DNA of 64,000 bases from Octopus sinensis (lineage: Eukaryota), in assembly GCF_006345805.1 (NCBI RefSeq), contig NC_042997.1, positions 106,826,001 to 106,890,000 of the forward strand. Reading direction: 5' to 3'. The position numbers and the translations under genes were made by a program. Positions 12,348 through 25,140 of this stretch are shown piece after piece (the first letter of the stretch is position 1; each line of letters opens with the position of its first letter). The notes beneath the pieces were generated by a model, which had not been told where the DNA came from, did no database searches, and saw nothing but the letters and a program-made list of their open reading frames with translations.

Positions 12348-13989
12348 CTATGTAAAGCAAGAAAATAAGCTGAATCTCGATAGACATAGAAGAGTGCATA
12401 TATTCTTGAAGAAGTAAGCTTTTTTGTTTTTCTCACTTAAAATAGGGACTGATTGATAGATCAGCCTGATATAATCCTATAGACTAAGAGCTAGATATGG
12501 TGACCCATTTGGTCTTTGATTATGAATTAAGTTACCTGAAAACAAGTAGTACTGGTGCCATGAAAAAAGTATTCATTATGCTCTGTAATGTGGTTGGCAT
12601 TAGGAAGGGCATCAAGCTTTGGAAACCATACCAAAGAAGACAGGCCATCAAACTGCTCAACCCACACCAGCATGAAAGCCAATTGTTAAATGGCTGCAGT
12701 TAAATAACAAGGGATTGAGTAGGTGTCACATTGATGGTAATCATAAAGGAAAATATATGAAGCAGCATGATACACAGCCAATAAGATCTTTTATTTTTAA
12801 TGAGTAATTTTAAAAAAGAATGTGTGTGACATAGAATGATATGAAGATGAAAGTTTTCTAATCATTAATATATTTACTTAGGAACCAAAGGTTTATGTTG
12901 TAGAAATGTTTATATCGAATTATTGATGAAACTTAGTGACTAGACCAGTAACCAACAGAATTCTTCATTGCAGGAAATTCTGCTGTGTTATTGAAGTTCT
13001 GGTGGATATTAATGCTGGTAATCATAATCATAATCTAACCATATTCTATAGAACATTATTCTGCTTGTCATAGTATGTGTTCATATGTTACACTTCAAAG
13101 GAAATCAAATAGTGAAAATGTGTTTTTCAAGGTGTGAAGTAAAAGTGATTTCCTGAGCAAAAAGTGAAAATTTTATTATTATATTTTTTTAATGCGAAGG
13201 ATAAATTAACTATCTTCAAATAATCGTTAAAATCTACATTCATTTATTACAAATGATATCTCTAATGTCTTTCAATAATTGTTTGAGTCTGTCATCAGGA
13301 AATACATAACACCACATAAACTACATTAATAAGAATCTAATTATAAAAGATGAAGACCGACATTTCATTTATTTCTTCTTTTTGCACAATTCCAAATTGA
13401 ATACTTTATAGTATATTGCTGATTACTTTTTACTTTACTAACATTATTCAATGCTTTCATTTCATCAAAATTTCATTTTTCAGGGAAAATATTTCTTTTG
13501 CAAGGTAGATACGTTTATTTTCATATGACAGCAGCAGAAGACAGGAAGATATTCCAATCTTTTGTTATCATCCCTGTGTTCTTTATTTCTCATTCTTAGC
13601 TTGTGTTATCTCTTCCATTTTCTGGGACTTCAAGCTTTCAATTTTCAGTAACTTAATGTTTTAGAATAAAAGGGAAGACCTACGATTCTACATCTCCTCT
13701 GTGCTCAGATAATAATTGCCCAGTATATGGCTTACTTTACATTATTGATGCTAATGAAGCTTTACAATATTGAATGGAAGCACAACAGAATTCAGAATGA
13801 TTGTCTAATGTGATGAGTGCAATCAACACAAGAAATTATAATTATTATTGACCCATATGCAGAACTATATTTTTAAAATTGTTAAAAAACAACAAACCTA
13901 CAATTGTTTTGCATGCAAAGGTAGTTTCAGTGTCATTCCCATATCAGAAAAATTTGTTCAACAACATCTGATTAACACATACATCATGG

Positions 13990-14220
13990 TTACTTACTTA
14001 AGACATTCAATTTCTATGAAGCTCAGGCTTTCAACAACTTTTCTTCATTGTTCACAATTCTGGGCCGTCTTTCATGCTTCTCTCCTGTTGCATCTCTCTG
14101 TTGTTTTTGCAGTTTCCTTTCAGATTTTGCTGCACTATTGTGGCATATATTTCCATGGGAGGAAGACCTTCTTCACAAAGATTTCTGGTTTTGAATTGTT
14201 ATCAATGCTTCTGTAGCTTT
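13990..14220 (-). mobile_element. Decayed LINE 3' end with (TAAG)n tail
   Basis: Minus strand reads EA*KTAQNCEQ*RKVVESL (A..R..WR..V..L pattern) and ends taagtaagtaa. Confidence 0.35.
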
Positions 14221-14870
14221 GCCTTTTTCTATGTAGGGGTATTGGTTCTACACAAACCCATTTTTATTTCTGAGAAAAAGTAGTCAGTATTGGTTTCAAA
14301 TTTTGGCACAAAGCCAGCAAGTTCAGGAGACAGGTTAGGTCAATTACATTCACCCCAGTGTTCAACTGGTACTAATTTTATTGACCTCTAAAGGATGAAA
14401 GGCAAAGTTGACTTCAGTAGAATTTGAACACAGATCGTAAAGATGGGCAAGATGCTTAGCAGTGTCTTGCCTAGTGCGCTATCAATTCTGCCAGCTCACC
14501 ACCTTAGAGGTAGTCAGTATTAATGTAGACCCTATCCTTTGATCTGTCCAGCATTGAAGGCCCTACCAGGAGATTGTACTCCACTAGCATAGTTTTCAGG
14601 GTCATAGAGGCACACAGACCACCACATCACAAGAACTTGTGGTGGATACATCAAGGTTGAAGGGTAATATTTATAGTTTGTAAGAAACAACTAATCTGAC
14701 TTGCAAACAATACAGAAGGGTGATGGATAACCTGACAGCTTATGAACAATCAAAGTTTATTATACTGTTACTAACAGCATGAATTTTCCAAATCCTAATT
14801 TTGCAATTACCTCAATCTATCATCTAATTCGTTATCACAAAAATCTCAAACATAACGAAGCAGTGTTGGA

Positions 14871-14921
<51 letters not shown>

Positions 14922-14959
14922 TTTATGCATCAGAATAAAAGAAAATTTATAAAACAGAA

Positions 14960-15740
14960 TTTTCATAGATACTCCTAATTTATTATAAACCATGCAACTG
15001 TACAATCTGACAAAAAAGAGATCAGCGATAACAGAAGTCTATTAAAAGAGGCTAAAGTTCTGTTATCATTAACATTTTGATAGAAGATCCATTTTTTTGT
15101 CACCAACCACAAGTCTGTCCAAAAAGGGTGAAATGAGTTCACAAGAATGGAGAGAAGAGCAGATATCAACTTGGGATTTGCAGTTGCTTTTGGACAATTC
15201 ATGAGGCACCTATTTTCCAAGTTTAGGAACATTTCCAAGTTGTTGAAGATGATGATGAACAGTTGTATGGTTTGAACTAAGCTTTATTGCTAATTCTTCA
15301 ACTGATAATGCAGGATTTTCTTCAAGTAATGCCTCAAGGAGCTTATCATCAAACTCAACTGGACGTCGTGTTCGATCTTCATCTTCAAGGCTGAAATCTC
15401 CACTTCTGAATTTTGCAAACCATCTTCTGCAAGTTCTTTCATTCAAGCATCCTTTACCATAAACCGAGTGTATGTTTCGAGTCACTTCAGCTGCAGTTTC
15501 CGTTTTTGTACTCATAAAGCATTATGTGCCTCAAATGCTCTTTGGATACTTCCATGTTAGAAAGGGTTTTAATCAAAGAAATTTTAATTCTATTATTCTG
15601 TAAAATAATATTTAATTAGTTTAAATGTACACAAATGCATAAAAATAATTTTTAATTCCATTAGACATTCTAAAATGCTATTAAATTTCATTCAATTTTT
15701 AAAAAGGTAAGATCGGACAGAACTTATGAGATGACCTGAT
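14960..15740 (-). mobile_element. mariner-family transposon remnant (N-terminal HTH and start of catalytic domain)
   Basis: ORF 15210-15515 TAAEVTRNIHSVYGKGCLNERTCRRWFAKFRSGDFSLEDEDR...HLQQLGNVPKLGK; frameshifted downstream KKWIFYQN. TIR-like 'tatcaggtcatctcataagttctgtccg' on the minus strand near 15712-15739. Confidence 0.8.
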
Positions 15741-16229
15741 AAAAAAACTTAGAAGGTTCAAACTCCAACTAGGTCTTTTGCAATGCCCTAAAAAAACAGG
15801 AATTTTTCAGCACCCTGTCATATGTATAGGCCTAGGCTTGGCTAAACACAGACATGACTGTGTGATTTAGAAGTTTACTTCACAGCCACATAGTTTTGGA
15901 TTTAATTCAACTGTACATCTACTGTAGCCTTGGTCCATCAAAGCCCTGCAATTGAATTTGGTAGACAAAAACGCTCAGAACTTATCATGTATGTGTATGT
16001 ATGTATATATGTGTATATCTGTGTGTTGGTGTCCATTTGCACATCCCTGAAAACCCCTGAGCTACAAGTGTTCATGATGTTGTGATCTCCTGGGTTGACA
16101 AATCACTTGCTAGTTCCGTGCTTTTGAAGAAACCCCTTACTTGAAAAACAGGTTAGGGATAACAAGAAGTGCATCTGCATATGTTTATCTAGCTCATGCT
16201 GACAGGGGAAGATGAACAAAAAAGTGTGT

Positions 16230-16275
<46 letters not shown>

Positions 16276-17900
16276 GAGAAAGAATGCTTTTGTATCTGCT
16301 ATGCATTTGATGGTTTTACAATAAATCAGAATTGTTTCCAGCTTTGCTCTTCCAAGCTTAACAACTCAGCTGATATATTTCTATGTTCAAATGACCTGGT
16401 CTCAACTATAACTAGTTACTAGTTTCATGTATATTACCAAATCTCTGGAGTATATTTTCCATGTCAGCTTGTCATACTCATGTATTTGTTAGTGTGCACA
16501 TATGTATGTACAACTGTGCATGTGTGTGTGCATGGGTGTGTGTGTGTGTGTGTGTATCATTGTTGATCACCAGAAACAAAACATTTCCTTTACTTTTTTC
16601 TTTCTTTGATAATTTTTCTGTTTTTCTCAATTTGACCATTACTTCAGCAAATTAAAGCCAAACATTTTTAACATCAAGATAACTGACACTAAGTAGCATT
16701 AGTTAATGGTAATAACATGTTTTTTTGATTAATTAGACTGTACTTTTCTATTGGGATAGGCAAAAGAAACATTGCTAAAGAGAAACTAACACTGTAGCAT
16801 TTCAATCATTTGACTTTGATTTTGCTTTACACTAAGAGCCTACACATAGAAACCTACTTGAAAACTTCAAATTTTATATACCTGGATAGCACTGGATTCA
16901 TTGATTGGTTATTCAGAAGAATATTCATGGTAAGCTTTTACAGTAATCAATGCAGCTGAAAGTTTGGAACTGTAGTCAAATATTGATCTGAGATAATTTA
17001 TAAAAACATAGGTGTAATGTGGTTAATTTTTAGATATGTTGTTAATGATGATTTTGAGTTTATTAAGAAATTATGTAATAAGCAAAATGTATCCATTAAG
17101 AAGTAAAACTAGTTAAATGTAATTAGATAGAAAAGAATTCAATACATATATTTATATTGATATTTCATCAAAATGGATTTTTAAAAAATGATTTGTCAAC
17201 ATTTAAATTCTGGTATCTTGTTCTAGTTGAAAATTTCAATTATGTATGACTTATCTACTTTTAGCATACTTTCATTTATTTTTTTAGTTTATTTTGTTTC
17301 TCTGTTTGCATCAGGTGCAGGCATGGCTGTGTGGTTAAAAAAACTTGCTTCCCAGTCATATGATTTGGGATTTAGTCACATTGTGTGGTACCTTGAGCAA
17401 GTGTCTTCTCTTATAGCCATAGGCTGACCACAACCTTGTGAATATAATCTTACATTGTAGAGGTAAGAATGAACGAATAGATAAAGCTCTTTATATGTTA
17501 TTGGGTATGTGAATGAAACACTTATTAACTTCATAAGTAGAAGTACCAGGGTTTACTGGAAATTTACCACAATCTTTGGAAACTAAACAATTTAGAAATA
17601 TAATAATTTTAAAAATTACCAAGGTCTATAATATTAAAAAATTTGTTTTTACTAGTTTTAGTCATTGGAATACGTCTATGCTGGGGCATCATTTTAAGAT
17701 AACGGCTGACTAATTCAGTCCTAGTTCTTAGTATTTTCATTCATTTCAGAAGAAAGTGAAAAGTTGACCTGAGTTGGATTTGAACTCAGAAATTATTGAC
17801 CATACCCAAATACCACATTGTCCAATGCACTATGAGTTCTGACATATTTCATTGACATATTTCAAAAGGATTAAAACTTCGGGTCAATTTGCTGCCTTAC

Positions 17901-17950
17901 TTCAGATTTTCATATACAGTAATAACATCTTGCATGTTGGCAAACAAGAG
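17901..17950 (-). CDS. Candidate exon of minus-strand gene
   Basis: tttctgtattatttttagatttag acceptor, gtaagg donor; LLFANMQDVITVYENL, end phase 2 matching the 12347 exon. Confidence 0.35.
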
Positions 17951-18287
17951 CTAAATCTAAAAATAATACAGAAATTTGTTAGTTTCATAGTAACTACTCA
18001 ATGGTCTGTAGCCTAGCAGTTGTTTCATGCATGATAATTCCATATTTTTATTGATTCAATATATTTTTATTGATTCATAAATATTGTTGCTAGTAGTTTT
18101 TACCAGATCAGATATGTAATTAAGTTTAAGTGAGTGTTAACATATTTATTGCAGAAAACATTAAAAAATTAGCTTTTTCCTTACTACATCATTTTTCTAG
18201 TTAGCTGTTTTTTTCTTTTCTTTCTTTCTTTTTCTTTTCTTTTTTTTTTTGGATGTGTCCTGTATAGAATATATTAACAGTAAATCA

Positions 18288-18487
18288 CTCCTTTCACATT
18301 CAGATTACTCTGTCAAATTGTTGTTTATTTATTCACGTTGTTTTTAATTAACCATGCTTTACCTTGTAATTTGAGACCTCGGTGATAAAATTGTGTATTT
18401 TTAGAGTGACATTGAAGGGTAGGTCTGAACATAAAACAGGTAGGATATTTGGACTGTATATGGTCAGTTTAAAAACCAGAGGGTTAA
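18288..18487. mobile_element. piggyBac-like MITE copy
   Basis: 'cattcagattactctgtcaaat...ggtcagtttaaaaaccagagggttaa'; same family as 54875. Confidence 0.55.
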
Positions 18488-18544
18488 ATATCGTTTTCTC
18501 ATTTGGAATGATTATTCTCTGAATATTTCTATTCTACATTATCA

Positions 18545-19110
18545 GTTGTATCCATCCATTCATCCATCTTCTCTGTCAAGTATTTTTGGGAGGGCCATGG
18601 AGGTAGAGTCCTCAAGCACCTCCTTTATAGGGTCCTATCAAAAGCAACTATGATTAGATTTTACTACTGACCAACTGAGACTGGATATTATTCAAGCATC
18701 TCTTTCTTGATCTATCTCTAGGTCTCCTGCTGGTTGGCTCAGCTTGAAGAATTCATCTTGTGATTCTTTCCTGTGACATTCTAATCACATGCATGCCCAT
18801 TGCTAAATGGATACACTGGATGGCTCTGCCTCCTCACTATTCACTGGTGCACCCTCATATTTAGGAAATACAGTTTACAAAAATCTTTCCACAATACAAA
18901 TTAGTACCCACTCAGAATATTCTGAAGCACCTCCAGGCACCAAAGTCTGGCAACAGGCCTGATTAGATGTCTGTAGCACTGGAACTGTGACCTCTCCATG
19001 CAGAGAAGTAGAGGCCTGACCTAGTAAGATACTGATCTCCAAGTTACATACCCTGTGATGTAATGTTATTCCAGAGATCCTTTGAAGGAACCCAGCTGTT
19101 TTCAGTTGCA
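18545..19110 (-). mobile_element. RTE-clade LINE 3' end (Rex3/Expander-like), second copy
   Basis: GFLQRISGITLHHRVCNLEISILLG (cf. FLRR..G.TL.DRVR..IR..LG); 3' part aligns with 9420-9700 including the (GGAT)n tail. Confidence 0.65.
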
Positions 19111-19492
19111 CCTTTTTATATATTTACTTAATAATTGTCCTATGATCACTTCACTAAGTTTACCGTAGTATTTATTTCTCAGATGAAATCAAATAAGATC
19201 AGAAACTGTCTGGAGTTGTTTTCCATATATGTCAAAAGAATCCAAACAATATAAGCCAATAACATATTGCTTTTTACACTCAATGCAAATATTTATTTGT
19301 GTATGTGTTACACTCATGTATAGGTCACTTCTCCTCATAGTTTTTTAGTTTTGCCCCTTATGTAAGTTGCATCCCATGTTTCTCAGTCAAATTCAAGCAT
19401 CAAATAATGCAACTTCTACACAGGTACTAAATTACTTCCAGTTAGCATTTTCTTTTTATATATACATTCCTTGTGTTAAATTTATCAACAGT

Positions 19493-19872
19493 AGGTGCAG
19501 GAGTGGCTGCGTGATAAGTAGCTTGCTTACCAACCACATGGTTCCGGATTCAGTTCCACCGCGTGGCAAGTGTCTTCTACTATAGCCTCGGGCCGACCAA
19601 AGCCTTGTGAGTGGATTTGGTAGACAGAAACTGTAAGAAGCCTGTCGTATATATGTATATATATGTGTGTATATGTTTGTGTTTGGCCGCCCAACATCGC
19701 TTGACAACCAATGCTGGTGTGTTTACGTCCCCATAACTTAGCAGTTCGGCAAAAGAGACCGATAGAATAAGTACTAGGTATACAAAGAATGAGTCCTGGG
19801 GTCGATTTGCTCGACTAAAGGTGGTGCTCCAGCATGGCCACAGTCAAATGACTGCAACAAGTAAAAGAGTAA
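19493..19872 (+). mobile_element. Full-length SINE family 2 copy
   Basis: tRNA-like head, 'gtggcaagtgtcttctactatagcctcgggccgaccaaagcc' body, (TA/TG) middle, 'gtaaaagagtaaa' tail; CpGs retained. Confidence 0.85.
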
Positions 19873-19974
19873 ATTAATTATTGTTTTTCATATGGATTGA
19901 GGCCATATATGTATTTTGCTTGTTTATTTCACAATAGTTTCATGACACAAATATTAATAGTAGAATTAAAGTGA

Positions 19975-20191
19975 CTTTACTCTTTTACTCTTTTACTTGT
20001 TTCAGTCATTTGACTGCAGCCATGCTGGAGCACCGCCCGGGACTTATTCTTTGTAAGCCTAGTACTTATTCTAGCAGTCTCTTTTGCCAAACCACTAAGT
20101 TACGGGTACATAAACACACCAGCATCAGTTGTCAAGTGATGGAGGTAGGACAAACACAGACACACATACATATACACACACACACACATAC

Positions 20192-20236
<45 letters not shown>

Positions 20237-20400
20237 TACGACGGGCTTCTTTCAGTTTCCGTCTACCAAATCCACTCACAAGGCTTTGGTTGGGCTGAAG
20301 CTATAGTAGAAGACACTTGCCCAAGGTGCCACACAATGTGACTGAATTCGGAACCATGTGGTTGGTAAGCAAGCTACTTACCACACAGCCACTCCGGCAT
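19975..20400 (-). mobile_element. Full-length SINE family 2 copy, inverted relative to 19493-19872
   Basis: Reverse complement of the preceding copy. Confidence 0.85.
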
Positions 20401-20861
20401 CTATGACTTGCTAATTATTTACATATCTATTTTTATCAGTCTTTATTTCTGCTAAAGGGAATTTAATAGTTGAAACGTGAGAACTGTTCTTGGGAAACCA
20501 AACTGGCACACCTTACAGTATTTATTCAGAATGAATTTAGGAACAATTACAAGACAAATATTGAGATCGTTTTAGTTTTTTGCATAATTTCTTCAATAGG
20601 TACAATACAATGCCCTCAGATTTGTAAGGAGAAGTAAATAGGACTATTTCATATTCATGTTTTTAAGAACACATGCTTTTATGTGTGTGTGTACACACAC
20701 ACACACACACACACATACATCACAGTCTCAAATCATCCTTTACAAATGTTAATGCTTATTATTTTTCATAAAACAATCTTAAGTCATGAATTTATAATTT
20801 CTTGACACTCGTTATGATAATTCTCATGTTTATATATATATATTTTGTTTTGGGATTTGAT

Positions 20862-20892
<31 letters not shown>

Positions 20893-21184
20893 TGACATAC
20901 ATCCACTAACAATTAAAATCTTTCTATGTTAGACATTAGTTGAAGCAGCCTAACTCTGCTACATACATAGCTAAGTTGTTGGCAAATTGCAGTCATACAG
21001 ACAAGCTTGTTTAGGGGGCAAATGTTTTGTAAAGCACACACATTTCATACCTCTTTGATAGATATAAGAATAGGAACAGTGTGTGGTGTAAATTGTAGTT
21101 TATATGCCTGGTAAATAAGAGACATATGACTCATTCTTTTCAGTAGTTCCATTGTTCTTATCCAATTATGAATTAGTGTTTAGA

Positions 21185-21500
21185 AGTGAATATGGGGAGA
21201 CCCCCTTCGGTCATGAATGACCATGGGATTGCACCTAGAAAGTTACCCTCAGAGGCACAAGTCTGAGCAAGGTTGTTTATGGAAGGCCAGCAGTTACCCA
21301 TGCATACCAGCCTCCTCTCTCCACACCACTGATGTTATCCAAGGGAAAGGCAAAGGCCGATACAGCTTGGCACCAGTGATGTCGCAACGTGAAATAAAGT
21401 GTCTTGCTCAAGAACACAACATGCAACCTGGTCCAGGAATCGAACTCACAACCTCACGATCGTAAGCTCGACACTCTAACGACTGAGCCATGCACCTTCA
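21185..21500 (-). mobile_element. tRNA-derived SINE (family 4)
   Basis: Minus-strand head 'tggctcagtcgttagagtg...gagttcgattcctgg' carries A- and B-box motifs. Confidence 0.75.
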
Positions 21501-22039
21501 CTAGAAGTGAATGAGGGTTAATATAATTCAGATCATTAAGTTAAATATTAGATACAGGTATGTGTAACCATGTGGACATTATATGAAAGCTGATCTTGTG
21601 TGTGTCTATGTGTATGTGTGGGTTGGTGTGTGTTTGTGCATGTGTGTATTTGCATGTTTTGTGTGTATGCGTATTTGTATCTCCTGATGAAAACTAAGTT
21701 GCATTCTTTTATGTCTGAAGTTGACTTAATTGATATACAAGATCAATAAACAGACATCAATACAATATAATAAAGTACCTCCACAGTCATCATCTGATGC
21801 CCATGCGGGTTCCTGGCTGTTCTAATGCCTTAACTTTCCCATCACCCATGGTAATGCAACGTGTGTGTTGGATTGTTTCAGTAAGTTCTGTTGAACCTTG
21901 TGGTTTGCGACCTATTGAGGCACTTGGTGTCAAATTGATGATTTTCTTTCTTCCTCTTTTTCTTTTTTTTCCTTTCTTCGCTCATGTTTGTGTTTTTTTT
22001 CAGTTTTGGATTTGTATTTTAATGTGATTTTATATTATA

Positions 22040-22676
22040 CTAGCAGTATCGCCCGGCGTTGCTCGGGTTTGTAAGGGAAATAACTATATAAGCATTTTTA
22101 GAGAGTTATAGCCAAAAAATAGCAAAAAATGCATTAAAAATGGAAAAAATATGATGGTAATTTTTTTTTTAAATCGTTGACTCATCGTAGACATTTTTAG
22201 AGAGTTACTTCCCTTATATAATAGCGAAAAAATGCATTAAAATGGGAAAAAAACGATGGTAAATTTTTTTTTAAATCGTAGACTCATGTAGACGCTTTCT
22301 TAGCCATTTCTGTTTTGGTGTCTTCAAGCCATGAAGTCGTTGTTCTAAAAGAACACTGGTCTCCTTGACAACGCATTACGACGTTGATTTCCTTACACTC
22401 CCTTCCCCATAGGTGCAGGTGTGAGCGTGGACGCCAACTCCGCCGCCATCGACACACGAAAAATTATGCATTAAAATGGAATAAAAAATGATGTTAAATT
22501 ATTTTTAAAATCGTAGACTCATCGTAGACGCGCGCTAATATTCAGACGGGCTCGATATGAATCACGACTATAAGCTACCCGAATTTGGTTAAACTGTACC
22601 GCAAAATGTGGGAGTAGTTAGGAATCTAAATCGAAGGGGACAGACACTCACACAACTACAGTTTTATATATATAGA
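22040..22676 (-). mobile_element. Complete non-autonomous Helitron
   Basis: Minus strand begins A|TCTATATATATAAAAC and ends CCCGAGCAACGCCGGG (hairpin)...CTAG|T; inserted at AT with no TSD; internal ~100-bp subrepeats. Confidence 0.8.
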
Positions 22677-22739
22677 TATACATAACGCAGTAGTAGTGGT
22701 GAGATATGACAGCAAAGAAAAGCATACATTCACTCTCTG

Positions 22740-23080
22740 CATGCAATTAGACTCGGAAAGTTCGTGAGGAACCCATTGACCCAATTTGCTGACTTTTCCG
22801 ATAGCACACGGGTGTCAATGAATGGTTGAATGACCAAATCCAAGCTTCTCTGCTAGTTCCTCAACAGTTACGATGATATTTTGTTCCACCAGGGTTTTCA
22901 GGATGTCCTTGTCGAGTTCTACAGATCTTTCAGGATGAGGCTCGTCTTCTAGGCTGTAGTTTATGGCTCGGGATTTCTGGAACCACCATTGACACTGCCT
23001 TACGCTTATTGTCCAATCCCCATATACTGCATTAATATTTCTTGTACTTTGCACACATTTATATTCTGTTATTCTTTTAT
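22740..23080 (-). mobile_element. mariner transposase fragment
   Basis: RNINAVYGDWTISVRQCQWWFQKSRAINYSLEDEPHPERSVELD...TVEELAEKLGFGHSTIH, continuing to KVSKLGQWVPHEL (WVPHEL signature). Confidence 0.75.
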
Positions 23081-23104
23081 ATGTTTCAGCCTTGAGGTTG
23101 TGGC

Positions 23105-23425
23105 CATGCTGGATCATGTGTGTGTGTGTGTGTGTGTCTATCTGTCTGTCTGTCTGTATGTATATATGTATATGTATGTGTGTGAACAATAATATTTTCA
23201 ACAGATGTGTTGCAAATGTATCTGATTGTTCTCAAGCTTCAATACTGTGTGTGTGTGTATGTGTGTGTGTGTATGTATGTATGTATATGTATGTATGTAT
23301 GTATATGTATGTATGTATGTATGTGTGTATGTATGTATGTGTGTGTGTATGTATGTGTGTGTGTGTATGTATGTATGTATGTATGTATGTATGTATGTAT
23401 GTATGTATGTATGTATGTATGAGTG
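23105..23425. repeat. Compound (TG)n/(TATG)n microsatellite
   Basis: Direct inspection; source of the spurious MYVC ORFs. Confidence 0.95.
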
Positions 23426-24524
23426 TATGTTTACTTTATTACTAATTACTCTCTTCCAAGAACATTTTCACTCACTCTTAGCTCTTAGCTTCCCATACAT
23501 TTTACTCATGTATCTATCAGCGTCATAGACAGAATACTTTCACTTTAGTCTTCCTCAAATCACTCTGTCGCTATTTACTTTCATTTTATTCGTTGCCCAC
23601 TGTGTGTGTGCGTTTGCGTGTGGTGTAAACCAGACTAAGAAAAGCATTTGACACACACACCAGAATGTGAGTTTTCTGTAAATTTTGCTTAATTGGAGTT
23701 TAAATTTTAAAAACTGGACCTGGCATGACGCGATGCATTGTACTCTCAAAAATGCCAGGTAAATTGTAATTGAAGAAATCCTATATTGTAGATTTGTATA
23801 ACTCCCAAAGGGAGGCAGATAAAATCTGCCTTTTATAATAAGAGATATATATATATAACTTGAAAACTCCACTAGAGTGGACAAAAGTGCTAATATATGA
23901 TATATGATTTATAAAAACATGTGAGATACTAATATCTGTAAATATAAAACCATCCAGATTTCTGAGTACCTCATTTCTTCTAATGCATGCATGCATACAT
24001 ACATACGTACGTACGTGTTATATATGTAAATATTATCTCTGTTGGTAATAACAACTTTTCATACTATAAATCTGTTAAAGGTGGTACCTCATCATGACTG
24101 CAATCCAATGAGTCACAGAAAAGAATAAAAGAATAATTTTTTAAAGTCGTTCATATAGCACTGGCATGGCTGTGTGGTAAGAGGTTTGCTTTCCAACTAC
24201 ATCACTCCAGGTTCAGTCCCACTGCTTGGCACCTCAAGCAAGTGCAAGTGTCTTCAAATATAGACTTGTGAGTGGATTTGGGAGATGGGTTCTGAAAGTA
24301 ACCTGTCATGTTTATGTATGTGTATATATATATGTGTATATGTATGTGTATATGTATGTATGTATGTATGTGTGTGTATGTATGTTTGTGTGTGTCTTTG
24401 TGTTTGTGTTTATGCCCTCACCAACATTTGACACTCAACATCGGCTTGTTTACATAGCTTAGTGGTTTGGCAAAAGAGACCGATGGAATATGTACTGGAG
24501 TTGAACCATCCAGGTGGTGCCCCA

Positions 24525-25140
24525 TCTTGGTTGCAGTCTAGTGCCTGGAACAAGTAACTCTGAGGCCATGTGGGAAGATGAATGGAGGCATAATGTCGCC
24601 ACCACTAGTGATCACCCCAAACACCGTGATGTTGACTGGATGTCTGATTTTTATTACTCTCGATACATGTTTTTGGGACACAGCAAGTCAACAGTTGTTT
24701 TGAGTTTGTTCAAAAACTTCGTGGCATGGTCTTTCCTCTTGTCCTTGATGGTTTGGGATAAAAATTGGCCCTTTCTCATCTTGTAGGAGGAATACCAAAT
24801 GTTTTCATGCCCTACCTGCCTGATAAGAAACTCAGACACTCCTATGTCATTGGTGATGGACCTGATTGACTTGGAGCAATTGTTGTCAATTATAGCCTGG
24901 ATCTCACCAACAAATTCAGGAGTTCTTTTTTTATCAAAACAATCAGAATGAGTTTTCCAAGCTGCTGTACCTTTGTAATCACCATCAGACTCATCCAGCT
25001 CTTTCCTAATCCTCTGCACTGTCCTCAGATCAACACCCAAATACTCTGAAATGTTTGTATTGGTGCTTCCAGCACAAATGCCAAGCAGTACATCATGTTG
25101 TTTCCAAATTTCTGGCTGAGTGAATTGCATCATGGTGCTG
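24525..25140 (-). mobile_element. IS630-Tc1-mariner transposase fragment, maT/DD37D-like
   Basis: ORF 24654-25166 (LGVDLRTVQRIRKEL...KSIRSITNDIGVSEFLIRQV...YSSYKMRKGQFLS); another frame reads KHPVNITVFGVITSGGDIMPPFIFPHGLR. No TIRs seen. Confidence 0.65.

Noticed and set aside
12105-12368. Plus-strand exon overlapping the minus-strand candidate
   Set aside because: The acceptor is purine-rich and poor, and joining it to the upstream acceptor needs a frameshift.
21430-21500. Genuine tRNA gene
   Set aside because: A and B boxes are present but there is no complete cloverleaf, and the sequence continues into a SINE body.
23092-23528. MYVC-rich ORFs, and similar poly-N/Y/I/H ORFs elsewhere
   Set aside because: These are translations of microsatellites.
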